Source of the DNA: Eledone cirrhosa
Taxonomy: Eukaryota
Assembly (NCBI GenBank): GCA_964016885.1
Contig: OZ024740.1
Coordinates: forward strand, 384,896,001-384,960,000
DNA length: 64,000 bases
Direction of reading: 5' to 3'
Shown: piece after piece, positions 54,859-64,000 of the stretch
How positions within the stretch are numbered: the first letter of the stretch is position 1
Layout: each line of letters begins with the position of its first letter
Notes under the pieces: generated by a model
The model's database searches: none
What the model was told of the DNA's origin: nothing
Seen by the model: only the letters and a program-made list of their open reading frames with translations
Made by a program: the position numbers and the translations under genes

Positions 54859-54911
<53 letters not shown>

Positions 54912-56301
54912 TAGAGAGTGTGAAAGTGGAACACGGCAAACATTGAAACGCTTTTAGTATGACGGTAGGGCTTACATATGATACTACAATGTGTGTGTGT
55001 CTTCACACCTGCCTAAAAATCCCGTGTACCATAACTTAATGATTCAACAAACAATGTAAACTAGGCTAAAATACCAACATGGGTACCAGACTAAAATACC
55101 CATATGGGTTGATATGATCGTCTAAACCCGTGAAAGGAATAGCCCAGCTTGACCTATGTCCAATGACAGAAACTAGTGAACAGTTCAACACTTATATAAT
55201 ATTGATTGTTAATTTAGACAAAAGGCCAGCAATTTTTGGGTAAGAGCAAAGTTCTATATATCAATCTAAGTACTTGACTGGTACTATATTTTATCGACGA
55301 TATACGCTAAAGTTGACCTTGGCGGGATTTGAACTCAAAATGTAAAAAACCATAACAAATACGGCGATGGCAGTTTATCTAACGTTCTATTAATTCTGCC
55401 GATCCATTCTATTATGCTTAAATGCTAATGCAATATTGGAAACTGAATTACAATGTACAATAATCCTCACCACAAGGAATTGTTACCAACGGCTAGATCC
55501 GAATCTATGAAATTAGTTGCAAGGTTATAAAATACTCAGACTACTTTGTTTAGGAAAATTTTAGATATTGTTATTTCCTGATCTTTTGATATAATATTTT
55601 CAATAACGTTATTATACAGATCGACGAATCACACAGATGTCTCTCTTTCTGTCTCTCTTTTTCACACACACACACACACTCCTTCTCTCTATCTCTCTCA
55701 CACACATACACACACGCAAACACTTTATCTTTCTCATTTTCCCTACACACCTCTCTTTACATTACTTTTCCTTGAGCTGATTCGCAGAATAAATGCTTAC
55801 GCAATTAGCTACAATTTTCTTTTCGTTCTTTCATTCTTTACATATTTTTCTTATTTTTCCCGATAGTCACCTGTTATTTTGATTTGATATTTCATTGATT
55901 AGCAGCCTCCTTAAATACCATGTATTAGTTTCTCCGTATGATTGGTTATTTCGTACTATTGAAAATAATCAGTTAGCAACTGTTCATTGATAAGTTGATA
56001 AAGACTCCAGTTGAAATGCAAAATGCAGAATCTCGACAATAATTTACATGGTTTTGTTATGGCTTCTTTTTTATATTTGTATTTCTTTTGTTTTATTTTC
56101 TTTTGCATGTTTTTCGATTCATCAGCTGCATCTGTTGAATATCAAATGGTTTGCTCCTCGTTCTCTGTCAGAGCGCCATTTAATAAATGTATCCAGCAGA
56201 TATTAAGTGCAAACAAATATCTTGTTAGTACAAGACTAATAGAATATATATGTATATATATATATGCGTGTGTACATCTTTGTATATAGGTTGTCATGGA
56301 A

Positions 56302-56392
<91 letters not shown>

Positions 56393-58339
56393 GTTGTCGA
56401 AACGGCCGGAGCTCAGCCGTCGGTGTCCTGACTCTTTTCTTAAGAAGAAGTAGAAGAAGAAGAAGAAGAAGAAGAAGAAGAAGATTCACTGATTGTTTTC
56501 TACTATATATATATATATATAAGTGCGCGCGTGTGTGTGTGTGTGTGTGTGAAATGATTTCGAGAGTAGGGTGTGTAAATATTTCATAAAATTTTAAGAA
56601 ACTAGAACCATGAAGTAGCTGTAAAGAACGCGGCTGCGATGAAGATCGCAGCAAAGAATCGAGTTAAACAAAACACCTTAATGAACGGAAGTCTTGCCAT
56701 ACGAGTGGATGTAAGCCATCACGGTCTGTCCAGTCGCATATATAAATACACAAATTTCACGTTGAAAAGCTAAGGTCAATTTAGTATAAACGATTGAACG
56801 AACCCAAACGAACTGCATAAGAATGTTTCTTTTAATCAATTCAAATATGTGTGAAAATTCAACTTTCCCACGATGGGATCAAAGTAGGGCAGTGAAACTA
56901 AATACTCTAAATCATTTAGTCCAGTACAACATATTTTATTCCAGGTCCCATTTTCTAGATCCGCTTAATTATGTCTTTCTTAGGCTTTAATACTAATAAA
57001 AGTTCAAGGTTTGTAGTTGGCTGATCCCGGTTATTTTTGATACCGATATTTCTTATATTGACGCCGATATAATGAAAGGTTCACCAATCGTGATGGAAAA
57101 TAATTGTATCACTTCACCTACAAGAAATAGCAGCCCAAACTTTCTGAAAAAATGGAAAGGTACATTGGATAACATATGCTTAGATATAATCATGTAAAAA
57201 CGATAGGATGGGTTTTGCCGGAGCAACTTTGATTGTAGGCAGATACCTTCCTCTCACTTCTTAATTCCGTAACTCCAGATAGAGTCGTAGGAGCGCCGTT
57301 GTGACATACTGTGATTATTCGGCACCTTTTTAACATGGTGGAGCCCATCCCTTCTCCAAGTCTAAACACAGCCGATTTCTTACAGACAAGTGTTAGAGAC
57401 GAAGTGAAAAAAGGATATGGAAGTAGAATCTACACCAGTACCTGGCTATATTTTTTTTATCGATCTCAAAAGCATGAAAGATAAATTTCACCTCACAGTA
57501 CAGAGAGACGAAATGAATAACGCAAATGATTCATTCCGACGTTATAGTGCTACTGCTAATTCGCCGGATTCAAGGCGAACTCGATGTAAATTTACGAATA
57601 GGCTACTTTGGTAAACTGTAGTGTTATTTGCAATAATTTTAAAGTAACGAGAAGATTCTAAACATTAAAAGTATTTATTACTAAGTAAGTATTCATCATT
57701 TAGTATTTGCGCGGGTTATCTTCCTACAGACAGCTCTACAATGCCCGTCACTTTAAAAGCAAAATAATGATAACCAGCCTTGGCACTAACCCAGAAACTT
57801 CTAAGAAACTAAGATGAGGTTTGGAGTCGCTAAATTGGGCTACAAGTAGCAAATTAAACTACGTTTCATGACCGCACGCTATTTCCCTTATTTTTTTTCG
57901 CGGGGGATGTGCCTGCTACTTTAAAATTTCTACTTTCAATTGCAAGAATCCTACTGAATATGATATTAAATTATCAACTAAATTTATTAGATCTGACCTA
58001 CAAGCAAACTTTGTGTGCGCGCGCGTGTGTTTAATTTGGAATAAATTATCAATTTGGGCTACTTTCCAATGAAATCCATTACCTTTTATATATCTGGGTC
58101 CACATTATAAATTTCTTCATTTGAGATGATAAAGGTGGTTTAAGAGGGATTTTGCAGAACGTTCTAGCAATTTGAGTGATCGTTTAGATACCCTGGAGTT
58201 AGCTTGCATAGTAATATTGTACTTCATTGGCTAACAACCAACGTTCAAATATATTTTTCTTGAGTAACATAAATGTCGAGTGAATATCAAATTGTCTACG
58301 ATTTCGTTCTACTCATAAGATTAATTCATTTATGTTACC

Positions 58340-58745
58340 GCAACAGGTACAGCCATCTTTTGAGGTATCACTCTAGACGCTTTGGCAGTCAGTCGTTGTC
58401 ATTGGTCGCTATTCTCCAGCATGCGTAGAAGGTTAGCTGTGTTGTGACCAGTTGAATCTATGATATTCTCCAACTAGGATTTTCTTTGTTTTCCCCTTCT
58501 TCGCACTCCCTTGACTGTACCATTAAGGACGGATTTTGACAATGAGTTGTGGTGAGATACTTGACCATACCAGGCAAGCTTCAATCTTTTCACCAGCACA
58601 AGCAGTGTTTCCTTTCTGTCAGCATATTTGTTAATTTTTTTCCTGACAAATCTATTTGTTCTGTGTTCCGTGTGGCAACCTTCTGAAGCAATTGTGTTCG
58701 AATGACTGGATTCTTTGATCCATGTCAGTTGTGAGCATCCAACCC
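58340..58745 (-). mobile_element. RTE-clade LINE 3' fragment
   Basis: Translation RLKLAWYGQVSHHNSLSKSVLNGTVKGVRRRGKQRKS. Confidence 0.75.
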
Positions 58746-61098
58746 ACACACCCATACAAAAGGTTTAAGATAGTGTTGGTTTAAAACGTTAGATACCTAC
58801 ACAGTAGTAGAACAACGTTATAGATTACTAATAATATAACTGTCATATGTATGTCTTCGATTTCGTTCATTGTAAATATAGTGTTTAAAGTCGTAGCTGA
58901 ATAATAGAGATATTTCTAAATTTATGAAATATTACAACCCATTTTCCACCGTGGACAGCGTACCTATATTTTACAGAGGAAAATAGAGGCGTAAAATACG
59001 ACATTCATCCATTTTCTTGGAGTATTATGGTGAAATATAAAAATGGCAATTAAATATATTTCTGCATCTATTTTTGTGAAGATAAGATATAAATGTAAAT
59101 TTACCTACTCAATTCTGCATCAGTTTCGTTATTTTCTATTGATTTATTTTTCGTCTGAAACTTACTAAACCGCAATGAAACTAAGACAGGATTGATATAG
59201 TGCTTGCACGAGAGCCTCAGCGTGATGTCCGTGAGAGGAGGAATCATAGTTACGACTATGACCAAATAACGTATTCCTTCCCCAAAACATACGTAGTATC
59301 CGGAAAGATGTAGGTGATCTATTGTAAATCATAATCATCTTTCGACTAAGTCCATAACCAATTTCCTACATTCCCTTAACGTCAAACCATTTCATTTACG
59401 ACGCCAATATCCCACTTTTCCACATTTTTAGATAAAGGCCTTTGTGCCAGATCAAAAGAAAACATAATTTGTAAATTAAAATGTTCCCTGGACATCTTTA
59501 AATTATCACAGATAATTCCATTTCAAATATTCTCATGTTTGTAATAAGAATTAATTTTTATATATAGCATTCTTATAGAAATTACGTTTCGTAATTAATA
59601 TTGAAATATGAATACCAAAATCTAGTATGAAAGTGGGCTGAAGAGAGCAACATGCGCGGTAATGCTGAAAGTGTTCAAACCCACTACTATTAGCAAAAAC
59701 CAAAATCACTAACGCAGTGCAAAAGGAAGGATTTCAATCCCAGAATCGCGTGTCTCGGTAATTAATGAGTAATGATACATCGTTTTATACAAATATTACT
59801 AAGGTGGCAACAATGTTTAGACGAGTGGTCGGATGTGTTCCGAACGGAATTATTCAGAATGAAATTATGTTGATCTTATGGCAAAAATTGTTTCTCGCTT
59901 ATTCGGACTATTGCTCTCATTATAGTCACCGCGTAGTGTTAGTAGTGTTCGATTGATTGCGAACTCAAAGTAACTGAATCCTGCCCCCCCCCCCTCCCAG
60001 GAAGAAAGATAGGAAGAAAGATGTTCATTGTTATATAAATGAGAGATCCAATGGAAGTGATTGGACCAAACGTTGGCATTAAGAGTTACACAAATCCCCG
60101 AACTAGTCGGCCGTGAATAGTTTCAAAGTGCTCAGCCTCCACATTTAAAGAATAGAAGACTTGTGGGTTGTTGATACCTAAGACATTGCAGGAAACATTC
60201 CGCAACGGCTTGGGGATCATCAGGCCGTAGGTATTCTATATCTTGCAGCAAACATTATGATCTACATAGAGTGGGTGTAAATATCTACAAGAAGCACCTG
60301 GACATTCTACTATCTGAGATCCTAGATGAGCCTACATTACGGCAGGAGACACAAATAAGGGCAGCAATATTAAACTCTCACATTCATGAAATACCAACAA
60401 GAGTAGGAGAATTATGAATAGTCTTGAGCTAGAATAGGTTAAGATTAAAATTTGTGATCAGTCAACCAGTTACAAATATCAGTCACGTTCCACTTAAATG
60501 CCTAGACTCTTGTAAAAAGGGAAAGATGAATTAATGTGTAGCGTGATATACTACTTCTGAAGAGTTAAGATGGTCACGGCTAGAGTATGTTCGTTATGTC
60601 TACTCAATCAAGACTGACCTGGAACTAAATATCAACATATAAATAATTTATTCTTCGTTCAACCATAATTCAGTTCCTCAAAAGATATCTTCTGCGTCTT
60701 GCGTATTATCTGTAAGAGACGCAACAAGTTCATTTATAAAGTAATTACTTGTGGTCAACCAAAATAAATATTTATTAGCCACATACACGTCAATGGCCTT
60801 ATAGAAACAGAATAAGATCAGAATTCAGTTTCGTCACGAAACATTCTAAGTTTAAATACCACGGGGAACGTTTTCGTCTATCATCACTATACCAGTAATA
60901 TGCAGGTGTTGATTAAATTGATGATATTTCCATCACCTATACATATTTGCCTGGAGCTTCCTCAAAAGAAAATTAATATTTCATACTGGAATAAATGAAA
61001 TGATTTGGACATCATAGGTATACCCACACCAGCGCATACACACATAAACACGCACACACGCACATGCAAACACACACACACGTACACACACACACGCA

Positions 61099-61246
<148 letters not shown>

Positions 61247-61412
61247 AACATACATACATATAGAATAAGAATTTAGCTTCGAGCAGAACTTATGATAGAA
61301 TAGAATTATAAGTTGAGCCAACGTATAGAGAGATTAATCACCTCATTTACACAGACGAGAAAACTAAATATTCTAGCCTGTTTTCAAGTCCAGCAGTTGC
61401 AAGAGCGAAGGG

Positions 61413-61455
61413 ATCGTCCTGATGAGACCAGTTCAGTTCGAAATGCGTCGACGAT
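61413..61455 (+). ncRNA. Type I HHR with extended stem I
   Basis: ATCGTC-CTGATGA-GACCAGTTCAGTTC-GAAAT-GC-GTC-GACGAT, with outer helices GCAAG/CTTGC and GTCCAGCAG/CTGCTGGAC. Confidence 0.75.
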
Positions 61456-61576
61456 TCTCCCCTTGCTTCTGCTGGACACCGCCAGATGGTGTTAGCCGTC
61501 GATGTGTCTGCATAGCTACGGCATTAGATTGTTTATTTATAAACATGCCTTATATCTTTATAAATACGAAATTCCA

Positions 61577-61615
<39 letters not shown>

Positions 61616-62268
61616 TTTTCTAAAATATTTCTTCTACGTGAAGTCTGAAATTATCCATAAAAGACAAGATTTGTAAAATAAATAACAAATATATGGAACA
61701 AGTTGTAAGCAAGATGAGAAAATGTTTAAATGCAATGACGCCTTACGTATTGAATAGAATAAGATATTTCATTAGAAAGTCGGGAAAATGTCTTTTACTC
61801 AGAGTTGGGCCTTAGATACATATGTGATTGAATTTATGTTTTATTGTCAATAGTTTTATGTGTATTGTCAAAAGTAGAGTATTTTAAACAACTTTTTTCT
61901 TCTATTTTTAGAAAAGCATAATGTCGAAACAGGCTTGCAGAACAAAACATGAAGTGCTTCTATATATCTTAGGTTTGCCTCCAAACGTGAAAACATTGCT
62001 CATCTTGAATGAAAAGTGAATATATAGACCTATTGTTATGCTGATGTATTTCGTACAATGCATTAACCGGCGAACCATTTTTTTAATAGCTTCATTTTCA
62101 ACATAGTTTAAGGCTTGCTTTAAGAAATGTTTTAATGTTTTAATGTATATATTTCTTTTGACTAGACCATATATATATATGTGTGTGTGAACATATATAT
62201 ATAACAAGAATTTAAATCGATATACAATAATTGTACCATAACCACTAGATGAAAATATGTTTGAGTGT

Positions 62269-62379
<111 letters not shown>

Positions 62380-63151
62380 CGAACTAGGTGTAGTGTATTG
62401 TATATATATATATATAACGAACTAGGTGTAGTGAGGAACCAGATGTACCATAACGCACCAGATTATTCAGTACTTAGAGTGTGTAATAGGAAAATGTTTA
62501 AGCCCGACGGCAGAGCTCAAGCCGTTTCGACGAAACGGCTTAAACATGTTCATATATATATATATATATATATATAAGTTAAAATAATGAAATAAAAAAT
62601 CAAGTCATGAGAAATATACTTCACTGCTTTACGATCGTTTCTAGGTGATGATAATACATCGTAACTATACATCGATATCGATCTATGTAAGGTTAATTAC
62701 AAAATATCAGATAAGGAGAATATTTACTTACATGCATATCACCAGCTGTTGTCAAAAGCAATAATAATTTAATTCAAAAATAGTAGTAAATTAGTAGTAT
62801 GTTTAGTTCTATGACCTTATTTGGAGGTAGCTGAAGAACTAACCAATCAGATTGTTTTTTTCCATATGATGTTAAGATGAAAAATAATTCACTTTAGTTG
62901 AGGTCATGACCTTTGAAAGGAATGGTTGAATGGTGTTAATAATAGAATTGCTATAAAAAATCTATTAAGAAGAAAGGGATTGTCAAATTGATAGTTGAAT
63001 GTATATGGTATAGTGAAATTTAAAAGGAATGTAAAAATTAAATGTTGAGTTGTGTTGTATGGAGTTTTTAGGTGAATATAAATTAAGGTCATGACTAGGA
63101 AAGATAGTATATTAAAAGATGAAAATTATAATAAGATAATGAAATACAGTA

Positions 63152-63460
63152 ATATAATTCTGTCTACTTTAGGCACAAGGCCAGCAATTACCCAGTGCAA
63201 TACTGGTACTTTATTGTATCGAAACCGTAAGGATGAAAGGCAAAGTCAACCTCGGCGGGAAATACAGTAATATAATATAATTGTTTCTACTTTAGGCACA
63301 AGGCCACCAATTACCCAGTACATTACTGGTACTTTATTTTATCGAAACCGTAAGGATGAAAGGCAAAGTTAACCTCGGCGGGATTTGAACTCAGACTGTA
63401 AAGGGACGTTACTATGCTAGAAAGCATGGCTTCCAACCTTCTATCGATACTGCCAATTCA
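63152..63460 (-). mobile_element. SINE copy plus a tandemly duplicated 3' part
   Basis: 63152-63260 duplicates 63275-63381. GAAATACAGTAATATAAT precedes both copies. Confidence 0.8.
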
Positions 63461-63833
63461 CTATAATGTAACACAATATAGTACGGTGTGGTAAATTGTA
63501 CTTAGTATAATAGACCGTATGATACGCCTTAAAATACTTTCAAGTATGTCTATGTATAAATAATCAAACTCAGATAAATGCATGTTGACATAGTGAAAGC
63601 GCATAAATTTGATAGATCACAAAGTGCATATACCCACATTATAGATAGAGGTATAGTTATATTGATACTCAATTAAAAATATACATACGCATAAATAGAT
63701 GCAAATATATACATACATCTACACATGTGCACACAACCATATACACACCTATACACACATATATATATGTATGTACACACACATACATGTACACACACAC
63801 ATATCAACACTCATACACAAATACTCGCATATA

Positions 63834-63923
<90 letters not shown>

Positions 63924-64000
63924 CATATCATACATACATAGATACATATTTACACATGCAATTACGGGTGGTTGTGTACCTTGTTGCCCTTAGTCATGAA

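Noticed and set aside
59632-59685. Possible HHR GTGGG-CTGAAGA-GAGCA..TGCT-GAAA..CCCAC
   Set aside because: There is no UH cleavage triplet or stem III before the 3' strand of stem I, so it may be chance or heavy decay.

Overview
This is AT-rich, microsatellite-saturated eukaryotic DNA, probably intergenic or intronic. The (TA)n/(CA)n density and the SINE family suggest a cephalopod such as Octopus, which is an inference. I can support no intact host gene. The window is built from transposon debris: Penelope-like elements (PLEs) with RT and GIY-YIG remnants, RTE/BovB LINE fragments, a tRNA-derived SINE family, a non-autonomous hAT element with an 8-bp TSD, and triplet-based minisatellites that give mucin-like ORFs. 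The main result is a near-perfect 310-bp tandem array (about 12.6 copies, 50946-54858). Each full unit carries a type I hammerhead ribozyme (HHR) motif. The array is preceded by an inverted ~1.3-unit copy and sits inside a (TA)n tract, which is the architecture expected of a non-LTR retrozyme (a circRNA-forming ribozyme satellite) written by PLE machinery. About 20 further intact or degenerate HHR motifs from several families occur elsewhere, in PLE termini, fold-back elements and solitary monomer-like inserts. All RNA structures were paired by eye; none were computed or tested.
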